A DNA stretch of 64,000 nucleotides from Candidatus Saccharicenans sp. (GCA_049659625.1 JBASPX010000049.1:12060-76059), one strand, 5' to 3'. Shown: positions 9,450-19,291, numbered from the stretch's first letter. Translations and numbers: made by a program. The notes: a model not told the origin generated them from the letters alone.

Positions 9450-11969
9450 TCAACCGGTGGCTGATTTGATCAGAGCCACAACTTCCTCCGGTGTCTTTGC
9501 CTGGCGCAGCGCTTCCCGGAATTCTTCATGTATCAGCTTCCGGGAAAGCTTTGGAAGCAACTGAAGCTTCGGACGCACTTTATCCCCGGAAGGTATGGCC
9601 AGGCAGATGACCAGGTCCACCGGCTGTCCTTCCCTGGAGAGCCAGTCAATCGGATGTTGAAGTCTCATAACTCCGATGCTCGGGGTTCTGACCGTGGCTG
9701 ATTGACAGTGCGGTATGGCCAGTCCGAACCCGATCTCGGTGGCTATGTCCAGTTCTCTTTTCCAGAGAGCCTGTTCAAAAACCGCCCGGCTGGCGACACG
9801 TCCGGACTGTTCAAAAACAATCGCCAGCTTCTGAATGACCTCAACCTTCGACCGGCAGTCAGCTCCGAGACTGACCAACCCGGGCTCGATGAGTTCCGGC
9901 AGGAATTGCTCCTGATAAAAATCCTCCAGAAGCTTTTCGTTTTCTTCAGCCGTGGCTGATTCCATTGCCCTTTCCACCAGTTTCTGACAATCTGACTGTT
10001 TCAGCCGGTTCAAAACCGATTTTACCTCGGGGATAAAAGCCGAACTCATGCTCAGCTCATCAAAACCAAGGCCGACAAAAACTGGGGTCAGGCGCGCATC
10101 TCCGGCCAGTTCGCCACACAGCCCGACCCAGCGGCCGTGAGCATGAGCGCTATCTATGGCCATCTTAAGAAGCCTCAGAAAGGCCGGATTTAGCGGTTGA
10201 TGGAAATACTTAACCTGCGGGTTGCCGCGGTCGGCAGCAAAAAAGTACTGAACCAGGTCGTTCGAACCAACGCTGAAGAAATCAACCTCCCGGGCAAACT
10301 TATCCGCCAGCAGAGCCACTGAGGGTATTTCCAGCATAATGCCGATTTCCAGCGCCGGGTTAAAGATCTGTCCTTCACTTTCAAGTTCCGCAGCAAATTT
10401 TTTAACCTGTTCCTTGAGCCAGATGACTTCTTCCACCAGAGCCACCATCGGAAACATCAGCCGCAGATTTCCGAAAGCCGCTGCCCTCAGGATGGCTCGC
10501 ACCTGGCTTCGGAATAAATCATAATATTCTTTATAAATCCTTATCCCGCGGTATCCGAGAAAAGGGTTGGGTTCTTCTGGCAGCTTAACTGAAGGAATTG
10601 GTTTGTCACCTCCGATGTCAAAGGTGCGGATGATGATCGGTTTTCCTTCAGCCTCTTCAGCCACTTTTCTGTAAAGAACAAACTGATCTTCTTCAGCCGG
10701 AAGTGTGGTCTTTCCGTACAGCAGAAGCTCCGTCCTGAATATTCCGACTGCCTCAGCCCCCTCATCCCAGGCTTTTTTCAGCTCTTCCGGATGCCCGATG
10801 TTAGCGGCAATCTCAATCTTCTTCCCATCGGCGGTAACGCCCGGCAGAGAAGCTTTTTTCTGGCGGATCTGCTGAAGAGCCCTCTCAGCTTCAACTTCTC
10901 TACGGTAATAATTTTGAGTTTCTTCGCCCGGAGAAACCACCACCACTCCCCGGTTTCCGTCAATTATTACTTCTTCTCCTGCGCTGATAAGCCGACCGGC
11001 TTCGCCCACGCCGGTTACAGCTGGAATTCCCCGTCCCCGGGCCATGATCAGAGTATGAGAGGTCTGGCCGGCCTTTTCCAGAACAAGCCCCAGAAGTTGA
11101 CCCGGCCGATAGCTGAGAAATTCAGAGGGCAGCAGGTCCTCCGCCACCAGTATAAATTGTTCCGACCATTCAGAGGGTTCCCCGGACTTTATTCTTACAC
11201 CCATTTTCTCCAGCAACCTCAACGCCAGATCCTGCAGATCGGCCACCCTTTCTCTTATTAACTGGGTTCTGGTCTGAAGGAGCTGCTGGCTGAATTCTTC
11301 CACCGCCCGAACAACGGCGGTCTCGGCCACCGCATTTTCCTTTCTTATCAGCTCTTCCACCCGGCTGAGGAGGGCCGCATCTGAAGAAAGAGAAAGATGG
11401 GCTTTGAGAATATTTTTCTCCGCTCCTTCTTTCTCGCTGATTTCTTTCTGCAGTTCCACCCGCAAATCTTCAAGCGCTCTCTTTAATCTGGAAACTTCTT
11501 CTCCGGGCTCCCCGGCTTTCTCCTCCCGGTCGGAAATCAATTCGGTCAGAGCCGGCTTCCGGCGAGCGTAAATTACCTTCCCCGCGGCTATGCCCGGTGA
11601 GGACGGGTGCCCGACGAAAAAGACTTCTTTTTGAAGCCGCAGGATTTCAGGAATGATGGCCTCTCCTCCCGGCTCCACCCGCAGAGCTTTTTCTTCCCTT
11701 ACTGGCAACTCTTCAAGCAGGAACGACTGAAATTCCGCTGCAAACTCTTTTTCTCCGCGACCTTTAACCACCACCCGGCAGAGGTCTCCCTGGCGCGTGT
11801 CGGTCGTCAGCAGGGAAATGGCGCTTCGACCTTCAGCCCTTTTCCCGGTTCTCAGGTTCTCCCACACTATTTCTCCAGGAAAACTCTCACACTTCTCCTG
11901 GATGAAGCTGGCCGGGCGGGCGTGAAGTCCCAGCGGCAGAGGAAATTCAAAGGTGAATTCAACCGCCAA
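9450..11969 (-). CDS. PTS multiphosphoryl transfer protein HPr-EnzymeI-EIIA(fructose/Ntr type), similar in architecture to E. coli PtsA/FrwA
   Basis: 839 aa. HPr motif GLHARPAS at the N-terminus. EI signatures GQTSHTLIMARGRGIPAV, FFSVGSNDLVQY and GLCGELAGD. C-terminal EIIA type-2 with GLAIPHC. Confidence 0.85.
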   Translation of the reverse strand: MAVEFTFEFPLPLGLHARPASFIQEKCESFPGEIVWENLRTGKRAEGRSAISLLTTDTRQGDLCRVVVKGRGEKEFAAEFQSFLLEELPVREEKALRVEPGGEAIIPEILRLQKEVFFVGHPSSPGIAAGKVIYARRKPALTELISDREEKAGEPGEEVSRLKRALEDLRVELQKEISEKEGAEKNILKAHLSLSSDAALLSRVEELIRKENAVAETAVVRAVEEFSQQLLQTRTQLIRERVADLQDLALRLLEKMGVRIKSGEPSEWSEQFILVAEDLLPSEFLSYRPGQLLGLVLEKAGQTSHTLIMARGRGIPAVTGVGEAGRLISAGEEVIIDGNRGVVVVSPGEETQNYYRREVEAERALQQIRQKKASLPGVTADGKKIEIAANIGHPEELKKAWDEGAEAVGIFRTELLLYGKTTLPAEEDQFVLYRKVAEEAEGKPIIIRTFDIGGDKPIPSVKLPEEPNPFLGYRGIRIYKEYYDLFRSQVRAILRAAAFGNLRLMFPMVALVEEVIWLKEQVKKFAAELESEGQIFNPALEIGIMLEIPSVALLADKFAREVDFFSVGSNDLVQYFFAADRGNPQVKYFHQPLNPAFLRLLKMAIDSAHAHGRWVGLCGELAGDARLTPVFVGLGFDELSMSSAFIPEVKSVLNRLKQSDCQKLVERAMESATAEENEKLLEDFYQEQFLPELIEPGLVSLGADCRSKVEVIQKLAIVFEQSGRVASRAVFEQALWKRELDIATEIGFGLAIPHCQSATVRTPSIGVMRLQHPIDWLSREGQPVDLVICLAIPSGDKVRPKLQLLPKLSRKLIHEEFREALRQAKTPEEVVALIKSATG

Positions 11970-12270
11970 TTTCTTCCCTTATTTTCTGAAGTATTCCGTC
12001 AGCGTTTTTAATCGCTTCCTGAACGGAAAACTCGAAGATTTTCTTACCCTCAAACCTTTCAGGTTTTTGAACGGTGATGCCGACAGCAAAAATAACGGCG
12101 TCTGCCTGGTTGATCTCTTCCTGCTCCAGCTCGTTTTCTATGCCCATTGCACCCTGAGTTTCCACTTTAATCGAATAACCCATCTTCTTCGCCGCTCGCT
12201 CCAGCTGTTCGGCTGCCATGTAGGTATGAGCGATTCCTGTGGGACAGGCAGTTACAGCCACCAGTTTCAT
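11959..12270 (-). CDS. PTS fructose-type EIIB component
   Basis: 103 aa starting MKLVAVTACPTGIAHTYMAAE (active-site Cys motif of fructose-family IIB). Confidence 0.85.
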   Translation of the reverse strand: MKLVAVTACPTGIAHTYMAAEQLERAAKKMGYSIKVETQGAMGIENELEQEEINQADAVIFAVGITVQKPERFEGKKIFEFSVQEAIKNADGILQKIREEIGG

Positions 12271-12379
12271 CAGAACCTCCGGATAACAGATTTTTAAGGG
12301 ATTATTTTATCACTTCTCGGCCGGTTGAAAATATCCCCGGAAAACTTTCAGGGATGGAAAACTGAATGAAAGGTCGGAC

Positions 12380-13411
12380 TCAGGCCTTCGAAAATTCTTC
12401 TTTTTTCCTGCTTCTGGCCCGGATTATGTTCATCACCAGAGCCACAAACAGCGTCCCGGCGATTATGGAAACGACATACATAAATCTGTTGTCGACCACG
12501 GGCAGGACGATCGGCCCCCCGTGGGGAGCATGGTCGCCCACACCGCTCAGCATGGCAATCACCGAACCGACGCTGGACCCGGCCATGATCACCGGGATAA
12601 CCCGGAAGGGGTCAGCCGCGGCGAAAGGAATGGCTCCTTCGGTAATTCCTATGGCCCCCATGGCCAGAGCGGCCATGCCCGCATCTCTCTCCTGTTCGCT
12701 CCAGAGCTTCCTGTTAAGAAGAGTGGCCAGACCCAGCCCCAGGGGCGGTATGCAGATGGCTGAGGCGCAGGCCCCCATGATGTAATAATTGCCCTGTTGA
12801 ATCATGGCTGCGCCGAAAAAGAAAGCTACCTTGTTGACCGGCCCGCCCATATCGAAGGCGATCATCGAACCCAGTATAATTGCCAGGATAATTTTGTTGC
12901 CTGTCCCCATCACTTCCAGCCAGCGGGTGATGCTCATCATCAGGTCATGAATCGGAGCCCCGATAACTTTATACATGAAAAAGCCTATTATCAGCGAGGA
13001 AATTACCGGATAAACCAGGATGGGCATGACCGGACGGATATAAGGGGGAACCTTTATTTTTTTAAGATAAAAAACCAGAAAACCGGCGAGAAGACCGGAA
13101 ATAAGACCGCCCAGAAAACCGGCTCCTACCTGATTGGCTATGTATCCGCCGACAAACCCGGGAACCAGGCCGGGACGGTCGGCTATGCCGAAGGCGATAT
13201 AGCCGGAAAGAACCGGAATCAGCAGTGAAAATGCCGCCACCCCGATGTCGTTAATCAGCTTGAGAAAAGGTGCCCGGCTGAAATCTGGCCCCTGGGCGGT
13301 CATCGGAGCAAAGGCGATCGATATGGCAATTAAAATTCCGCCCGAAGCCACAAAGGGAATGGCATAAGAAACACCCGACAGAAGATATTGCTTGAATTTA
13401 CTTACTTTCAT
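12380..13411 (-). CDS. PTS fructose-type EIIC permease
   Basis: Polytopic ORF with FDMGGPVNKVAFFFG and ITEGAIPFAAADP. I prefer ATG at 13411 (SD GAAGGA 5 nt upstream). The track's TTG at 13441 overlaps a TATAAT -10 box. Confidence 0.85.
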   Translation of the reverse strand: MKVSKFKQYLLSGVSYAIPFVASGGILIAISIAFAPMTAQGPDFSRAPFLKLINDIGVAAFSLLIPVLSGYIAFGIADRPGLVPGFVGGYIANQVGAGFLGGLISGLLAGFLVFYLKKIKVPPYIRPVMPILVYPVISSLIIGFFMYKVIGAPIHDLMMSITRWLEVMGTGNKIILAIILGSMIAFDMGGPVNKVAFFFGAAMIQQGNYYIMGACASAICIPPLGLGLATLLNRKLWSEQERDAGMAALAMGAIGITEGAIPFAAADPFRVIPVIMAGSSVGSVIAMLSGVGDHAPHGGPIVLPVVDNRFMYVVSIIAGTLFVALVMNIIRARSRKKEEFSKA

Positions 13412-13440
13412 CTTATCCTTCTCATACTGGATTTCTGTCA

Positions 13441-13469
13441 ATTATAAAAAAAGGGGGCGGTATTTACAA
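13441..13469 (-). promoter_or_regulatory. Sigma-70-type promoter of the PTS operon (TTGTAA-17 nt-TATAAT)
   Basis: Minus strand reads attgTAAataccgcccccttttttTATAAT. The -35 TTGTAA is at 13464..13469 and the -10 TATAAT at 13441..13446, about 30 nt upstream of the ATG at 13411. Confidence 0.45.
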
Positions 13470-13691
13470 TCGGACAGCAGGAACGCTTATCTATCGAAGG
13501 CTGAGATGACCTGGTAGCGGGAAAGGTTTCCGGCAGCCAGCCTTCCTCGCTTTTTTCCGCACCATCGTCCGTCTACAACCGTTTATTCCTGGAGCCGGGG
13601 TAAATAATAAAAGATTCGCTTAAATCCTAACTGATGACCGCAAGCCACGGTAAGAGATTATCCATTTCCTGAAAATAACCTGAAAATAAAT

Positions 13692-13726
13692 AAAAACCCC
13701 CGGCGGCTCAAAGGTCCGGCCGGAGG
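13692..13726 (-). terminator. Rho-independent terminator downstream of tonB
   Basis: Minus strand CCTCCGGC-(14 nt)-GCCGGGGG forms an 8-bp GC-rich stem with one G-U pair, followed by TTTTTAT. It lies 20 nt after the tonB stop. Confidence 0.55.
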
Positions 13727-13746
13727 CAAAAACCAAGAGACTGGAT

Positions 13747-14619
13747 TTATTTCTGCAGCTTGAAGACGACCGTTACGGTGAAAGTCACAGAGCGCGGACG
13801 TCCGTTGATGATCATTGGCTCATACACCCACTGCTTCACGGCTTCAATGGCCGCTTCGTCCAGGAAAGGTTCAGAGCGAAGCACCCGGACGCTCTGGACC
13901 CGCCCGAAGATATCGGTGGTAGCTTCGATTATCACGATGCCCTCTTTTCTGATCTGCCGGGCGATTTCAGGATAGACAGGGTCTACCCGGCGAATAAGAC
14001 GGGGCGGCTTGATTTCACCGATGGCCCGAACGGGCTCTTCTTCTTTTTCCACCGGGAGGTTGATTAACCTTTCCAGTTCCTTGCTGAACACCAGCTGTTC
14101 TCCCTCGTATTCAATACCCCAGGGAACGCCAAAGCCGGAGCCGTAACTGCCAGGGCCTTCTTCCGGAATTTCTTCTGGAATATCGACCGGAGCGACCAGC
14201 ACCCCGGGAGCCACGGCCGGTTGCTGTTTAATCGGCGTTCTTTTTCCGGCGACTTTCCCGCTGCCCTTTGGTGGTGGAGGCGGAGGAGCGGGAGGCGGCA
14301 CCGGAGCCAGAAAGGCGCTGTAGACCTGAACCGGCGGCAGGTTCCCCGGATTCATCAAAGGCACCCCGATTAAAAGCGCCCCGGCCAGAAGATGGATAAA
14401 AACCGACAGCGGCATAGCCAGGAGGATCAGCCTGAAATTTTTCCGGGCGATAAAAAAAGAGTTGCCAAAAATCCCGGGCAGGCGAACTTTTTGCTGCTCA
14501 TCTTCTCCCGCTACCCATAGCTCTCCAGCCTGGGCGGCGGTTCTGGCCGCCGGCTTTTCCTTAAAATCCTTATTTCCCCTGAGCCTTTTCCCCTTGAGGA
14601 TGGCCATAATCTTTTTCAT
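13747..14619 (-). CDS. tonB: TonB family energy transducer
   Basis: 290 aa. N-terminal TM (ILLAMPLSVFIHLLAGALLIGV), proline-rich spacer PVPPPAPPPPPPKG, and a C-terminal TonB_C-like domain (PVYPEIARQIRKEGIVIIEATTDIFGRV...VKQWVYEP). Confidence 0.8.
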   Translation of the reverse strand: MKKIMAILKGKRLRGNKDFKEKPAARTAAQAGELWVAGEDEQQKVRLPGIFGNSFFIARKNFRLILLAMPLSVFIHLLAGALLIGVPLMNPGNLPPVQVYSAFLAPVPPPAPPPPPPKGSGKVAGKRTPIKQQPAVAPGVLVAPVDIPEEIPEEGPGSYGSGFGVPWGIEYEGEQLVFSKELERLINLPVEKEEEPVRAIGEIKPPRLIRRVDPVYPEIARQIRKEGIVIIEATTDIFGRVQSVRVLRSEPFLDEAAIEAVKQWVYEPMIINGRPRSVTFTVTVVFKLQK

Positions 14620-14976
14620 CGCTCACCCCCTGTTCCCACCCGGATAACAGCAACTTCTGTGCCAGCTTCTAAAACAGAAGGCCGGGAGATGAGAACTGCT
14701 TTTCTAAGATAACGAGAAGATTATCAGCTCCCCCTCAAATCTTCTATTCAGAACGGATTTATACAAAATTTTTTTTAACAAAAATTAAATAATTTTACAT
14801 AAACCGTCTAATCAAAAAATTGCCTCTTACCTACGGCAGGCGGCAATCGTCCTCCCTTACAAGGAAAGGGCAGAAAATGGAATCTCAAAAAGTCCGGCTC
14901 GCCCGATTTTCTGCCAGAAAATTATTTTTTATGCCCTCTTTCAGTATTAAATTTTTTTAATGGCCCGATCTTCTTA

Positions 14977-15019
14977 TTGCCAGCTCGACCGAATTGTGCT
15001 AAATTCTGAAAAATTTCAG
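14977..15019 (+). promoter_or_regulatory. Candidate carAB promoter (TTGCCA-17 nt-TGcTAAATT) followed by a CTGAAA-aa-TTTCAG palindrome
   Basis: -35 TTGCCA at 14977..14982, 17-nt spacer, extended -10 tgcTAAATT ending at 15005. An inverted repeat ctgaaaaatttcag sits at 15006..15019, about 24 nt before the carA GTG. Confidence 0.45.
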
Positions 15020-15042
15020 GAGGTTGAAGCACGAAGTACGGA

Positions 15043-16107
15043 GTGCTGGTCCTCAGGGACGGAACCGTCTTTGAGGGCAGAGGATTTGGAGCATGCGGTC
15101 GCACCTGGGGGGAAGTCGTTTTTAATACCGGGATGGTCGGGTATGTCGAAGCCCTGACCGACCCTTCTTACCACGGGCAGATTCTGGTCCAGTCCTTTCC
15201 GCTAATCGGTAACTATGGCGTCAATCCTGAAGATTTTGAATCAGAGCGCCCGCAGGTTAAGGGGTACGTGGTTTCAGATTACACAGAATATCCCTCGCAT
15301 CATTCTTCACGGAAAAGCCTGCGTCGCTGGCTCGAAGAACACCGCATCCCCGGGCTTTACGATATCGACACCAGAGCACTGGTTAAAAGGCTGCGGCATT
15401 ACGGTGTTATTCCCGGTCTTTTAGTGGTCTCAGAAAAACCAGTAAGAATCAAACCGCTGATAAAAGAAGCCAGAAGTTTGCCGGACCCGAACGCTCAAAA
15501 CCTGGTAGCTGAAGTCTCCACGCGCGATATCCACATATACAATCCCGAAGGCCGGAAAAGGGTGGTGCTCATTGACTGCGGTGTTAAGCGGGGGATCATT
15601 CGCAGCTTAATCTCCCGGGGGGTTTCGGTCGTCAGGGTGCCGGATGACTACCCGCCAGAAAAGATTCTGGAGTTCAACCCCGATGGTCTGGTCATTTCCA
15701 ACGGACCTGGCGATCCCGCACAATGCCGGGCGGTTCCGAACGTTATCGCTCTTCTGAAGCAAGACCTGCCGATACTGGGTATCTGCCTCGGCCATCAGAT
15801 TTTAGCCTTAGCCGCCGGCGCCAGGACCTTCAAGCTGAAATTTGGCCATCGATCCCAGAACCAGCCCTGTCTGGAAGAAGGAACCCGACGCTGTTACCTC
15901 ACCAGCCAGAATCACGGTTATGCCGTCGATGCCAGCACGCTTCCTTCTGACTGGTCAATCTGGTTTACAAACGCCAACGACGAAACGAATGAAGGAGTGA
16001 GGCATAAAAAGAGACCCATCCTTGGAGTTCAGTTTCACCCGGAAGCTTGCCCGGGACCGACCGACACCGATTTTATCTTCGACCTCTTTCTGGAGCAGCT
16101 CCGATGA
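15043..16107 (+). CDS. carA: Carbamoyl-phosphate synthase small (glutaminase) subunit
   Basis: 354 aa. LVLRDGTVFEGRGFGA N-terminus, catalytic PILGICLGHQ and VQFHPEA. The stop overlaps the carB ATG (ATGA). Confidence 0.95.
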   Translation: MLVLRDGTVFEGRGFGACGRTWGEVVFNTGMVGYVEALTDPSYHGQILVQSFPLIGNYGVNPEDFESERPQVKGYVVSDYTEYPSHHSSRKSLRRWLEEHRIPGLYDIDTRALVKRLRHYGVIPGLLVVSEKPVRIKPLIKEARSLPDPNAQNLVAEVSTRDIHIYNPEGRKRVVLIDCGVKRGIIRSLISRGVSVVRVPDDYPPEKILEFNPDGLVISNGPGDPAQCRAVPNVIALLKQDLPILGICLGHQILALAAGARTFKLKFGHRSQNQPCLEEGTRRCYLTSQNHGYAVDASTLPSDWSIWFTNANDETNEGVRHKKRPILGVQFHPEACPGPTDTDFIFDLFLEQLR

Positions 16108-19100
16108 AGAAAATAAAAAAAGTTCTTCTTCTCGGTAGCGGAGCCATAAAAATCGGCGAAGCCGGTGAGTTCGATTATTCCGGAAGTCAGGCGATAAAAG
16201 CCCTGAAAGAAGAAGGACTGGAGGTGGTCCTGGTCAACCCCAACATCGCCACCATTCAGACCTCCGAATTCCTGGCCGATAAAATTTATTTCCTCCCGGT
16301 CGAACCTTATTTTGTGGAAAAAATCATCGAAAAAGAAAACCCCGGGGCGATGATGATTTCTTTCGGCGGACAGACCGCCCTCAACTGCGGGCTCGCTCTG
16401 TGGAAAAAAGGTGTTCTGGACAAACATAGAATAGAAGTGCTCGGCACCAGCCTGGAATCGGTGGAAATTACCGAAGACCGCGGTCTGTTCAACCGAACTC
16501 TGATGGAAGCCGAGCTGAAAGTTCCTCGCGGACTCGCGGTGGAATCAGTTGAGGATGGGCTGAGAGCAGCTGAAGAGATCGGCTTTCCGGTAATGCTCCG
16601 CTCAGCTTTTGCTCTCGGGGGTAAGGGCAGTTTCCTCTGTTACAGAAAAGACGAACTTGAAGAGAAATTGCGGGTAGCTCTCTCCGAAACCCGCCAGGTT
16701 CTGGTCGAAGAATACCTCGAAGGCTGGAAGGAAATAGAATATGAGATCATTCGCGACCGGGCGGATAACTGCCTGGCCATCTGCAACATGGAAAATATCG
16801 ACCCGATGGGCATCCATACCGGCGAAAGCATCGTGGTCGCGCCATCTCAGACTTTAACCAACTCCGAATACCACCGCCTCAGGGAAATAGCTTTCCGGGC
16901 ACTCAGAAAATTGAACATCATCGGGGAATGCAACATTCAGTACGCTCTGAATCCGGAGAACGGCGACTACCGGATCATCGAAATAAACGCCCGTCTGTCT
17001 CGCTCCTCGGCTCTGGCCTCCAAAGCCACCGGATATCCCTTGGCCTTGATGGCCGCTAAATTAATGCTCGGTCATACTCTACCGGAGCTCAAAAATCCCG
17101 TCACCCGCGCCACCACTGCCTGCTCTGAGCCAGCTCTCGATTATGTCACGGTGAAGATACCGCGCTGGGACCTGAAAAAGTTCGCCCGCGTCTCCCGCAA
17201 GATCGGTTCGGAGATGAAATCCGTGGGCGAAGTCATGGCCATCGGCCGGAATTTTGAAGAGGCTCTGCAGAAAGCCCTGCGGATGCTCCAGATCGGGATG
17301 TACGGTTTTGTCGGCAACGAAAATTATTCTTTCAAAAACCTGGAAAAAGAACTATCGAATCCCACCGACGAAAGAATCTTCGGTATCGCCGAAGCTTTCA
17401 GGAAAGGCTGGTCAGTGGAAAAAGTTGCCAGTCTGACCAGAATTGACCCCTGGTTCCTGCACAGAATGAAAGACCTGGTGGAAATGGAAAAAAGGCTCCG
17501 CGGCTATTCTCTGAAGTCGATTCCGGATGAACTCCTGCTGGAAGCCAAGAAAAAGGGATTTTCAGACAAACAGATAGCTATTTTTACCTCAAGCAATGAA
17601 GCTGAGGTCAGGGAAAGACGTCGCCAGCTTAAAATCAGCCCTTCGGTCAAGCAGATCGACACGCTGGCTGCCGAATATCCGGCAAAAACAAATTATCTCT
17701 ACCTGACTTACAACGGACGGGAGGATGATGTGCGCTTCCGTCCATCCCGGAAAAAAATCATGGTGCTCGGCTCCGGACCGTACAGCATCGGCTCTTCTGT
17801 CGAGTTTGACTGGTGCGCCGTTAACACCGTGCGGGTTCTGCGCCAGCTAGGGTATCAGACGCTCATGGTGAATTACAATCCGGAAACCGTCTCCACCGAT
17901 TACGACATGTGCGACCGCCTGTACTTCGATGAACTCAGCTTCGAGCGAGTGCTGGACATATATGAAAAAGAAAAGCCGGCCGGGATCATAATCTCCATGG
18001 GCGGCCAGGTGCCCAACAACTTAGCCTTAAAACTTCATCAGGCCGGAGCGCGAGTCCTGGGCACCTCTCCGGAGAGCATCGACCGGGCGGAAGACCGCCA
18101 CAAATTTTCCCGCTTGCTGGATGAGCTGGGAATAGACCAGCCACCGTGGAAAGAAGCCACCAGCCTGGAGGAAGCCCGAAAATTCTGCGAACGAGTGGGC
18201 TATCCGGTCATCATCAGGCCTTCCTATGTGCTCAGCGGAGCCGCCATGAGCCTGGTGTTTGAAGAAAAGTCTCTGGAGACATACCTTAAAAAAGCATCTC
18301 TGATTTCTCCAGAGCATCCGGTGGTTATTTCCAAATTTATCACCGGGGCCAAAGAAATAGAGCTGGAAGCGGTGGCCAGCCGCGGTAAAATCGTAGCCTC
18401 GGCCATCATCGAACACATCGAGAATGCCGGTGTGCATTCCGGCGACGCCACCATGGTCCTGCCGCCTCAGAAGCTTTACCTTGAAACCATCCGGCGCGTT
18501 CGTCTGATCGGCGAAAAAATTGCCCGTGCGCTTAAAATAACCGGCCCGTTTAACCTGCAGCTTCTGGCCAGAGAGAACGAACTTAAAGTCATAGAATGCA
18601 ACCTCAGAGCATCACGCTCTCTTCCTTTCGTCTCGAAAGTTTCGCGGATTCCCTTCATCGAACTGGCGGTCAGAGCCATGCTTGGACTTCCTGTAAGTAA
18701 CAGCCGCTCGATATTTGAATTGAACCACGTCGGAGTTAAAGCCCCGCAGTTTTCTTTCTCCAGGTTGAAAGGAGCTGACCCGCGACTCGGCGTGGAAATG
18801 GCTTCTACCGGCGAGGTGGCCTGCCTGGGCGACGACCTTAACGAAGCACTTCTCAAAGCCATGCTGGCTGCCGGCTACAGGCTTCCGGAAAAATCGATTC
18901 TGTTGAGTCTCGGTGGTGAAAAAAACAAACAGAAATTTTTAGAAGCAGCCCGAATGTTAGAGAAAAACGGAATTAAAATTTACGCCACCGAAGGAACTTC
19001 CAGATTCTTAAAGCGCCACCGGATAGAAAACTTCAAACTTTTCAAGATACACGAAAAACGACAGCCCAATCTGCGGGATTACCTTCTGGAAAAAAGGTTG

Positions 19101-19109
19101 ATTTTGTGA
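16104..19109 (+). CDS. carB: Carbamoyl-phosphate synthase large subunit (first ~1001 aa; reading frame broken near the 3' end)
   Basis: Starts MKKIKKVLLLGSGAIKIGEAGEFDYSG at ATG 16104. The track ORF from 16047 is an upstream extension overlapping carA. Two ATP-grasp halves (IIEINARLSRSSALASKATGYPLA; VIECNLRASRSLPFVSK). Ends prematurely ...LLEKRLIL* after an A6 run. Confidence 0.95.
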   Translation: MKKIKKVLLLGSGAIKIGEAGEFDYSGSQAIKALKEEGLEVVLVNPNIATIQTSEFLADKIYFLPVEPYFVEKIIEKENPGAMMISFGGQTALNCGLALWKKGVLDKHRIEVLGTSLESVEITEDRGLFNRTLMEAELKVPRGLAVESVEDGLRAAEEIGFPVMLRSAFALGGKGSFLCYRKDELEEKLRVALSETRQVLVEEYLEGWKEIEYEIIRDRADNCLAICNMENIDPMGIHTGESIVVAPSQTLTNSEYHRLREIAFRALRKLNIIGECNIQYALNPENGDYRIIEINARLSRSSALASKATGYPLALMAAKLMLGHTLPELKNPVTRATTACSEPALDYVTVKIPRWDLKKFARVSRKIGSEMKSVGEVMAIGRNFEEALQKALRMLQIGMYGFVGNENYSFKNLEKELSNPTDERIFGIAEAFRKGWSVEKVASLTRIDPWFLHRMKDLVEMEKRLRGYSLKSIPDELLLEAKKKGFSDKQIAIFTSSNEAEVRERRRQLKISPSVKQIDTLAAEYPAKTNYLYLTYNGREDDVRFRPSRKKIMVLGSGPYSIGSSVEFDWCAVNTVRVLRQLGYQTLMVNYNPETVSTDYDMCDRLYFDELSFERVLDIYEKEKPAGIIISMGGQVPNNLALKLHQAGARVLGTSPESIDRAEDRHKFSRLLDELGIDQPPWKEATSLEEARKFCERVGYPVIIRPSYVLSGAAMSLVFEEKSLETYLKKASLISPEHPVVISKFITGAKEIELEAVASRGKIVASAIIEHIENAGVHSGDATMVLPPQKLYLETIRRVRLIGEKIARALKITGPFNLQLLARENELKVIECNLRASRSLPFVSKVSRIPFIELAVRAMLGLPVSNSRSIFELNHVGVKAPQFSFSRLKGADPRLGVEMASTGEVACLGDDLNEALLKAMLAAGYRLPEKSILLSLGGEKNKQKFLEAARMLEKNGIKIYATEGTSRFLKRHRIENFKLFKIHEKRQPNLRDYLLEKRLIL

Positions 19110-19291
19110 TTTCCGTTCCCGACCCGGGAAAACCGGCAGCCTTTGACTCCGATTATCGGATGAGGAGGCTGGCAGTGGACCTGGGTATCCCGGTCATCAC
19201 TAACCTGCAGTTAGCCGAGTCTCTGGTGAATGCTTTTGCCTCGAGAAAAATTGAAAGTCTCAAGATAAAATCCTGGGATGAATACGAGTGA
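19106..19291 (+). CDS. carB: C-terminal (MGS-like domain) fragment of carB in the +1-shifted frame
   Basis: ISVPDPGKPAAFDSDYRMRRLAVDLGIPVITNLQLAESLVNAF is the normal CarB C-terminus. Adding one A to 19090..19095 fuses it in frame to 16104..19109. Confidence 0.85.
   Translation: MISVPDPGKPAAFDSDYRMRRLAVDLGIPVITNLQLAESLVNAFASRKIESLKIKSWDEYE

Noticed and set aside
19090-19109. Programmed -1 ribosomal frameshift or transcriptional slippage at the carB A-run
   Set aside because: A AAA AGG is not a canonical X XXY YYZ heptamer, and no downstream stimulatory hairpin is seen. Two unrelated genes carry the same one-base homopolymer deficit, so a sequencing indel is the simpler explanation. It is kept only as a remote alternative.
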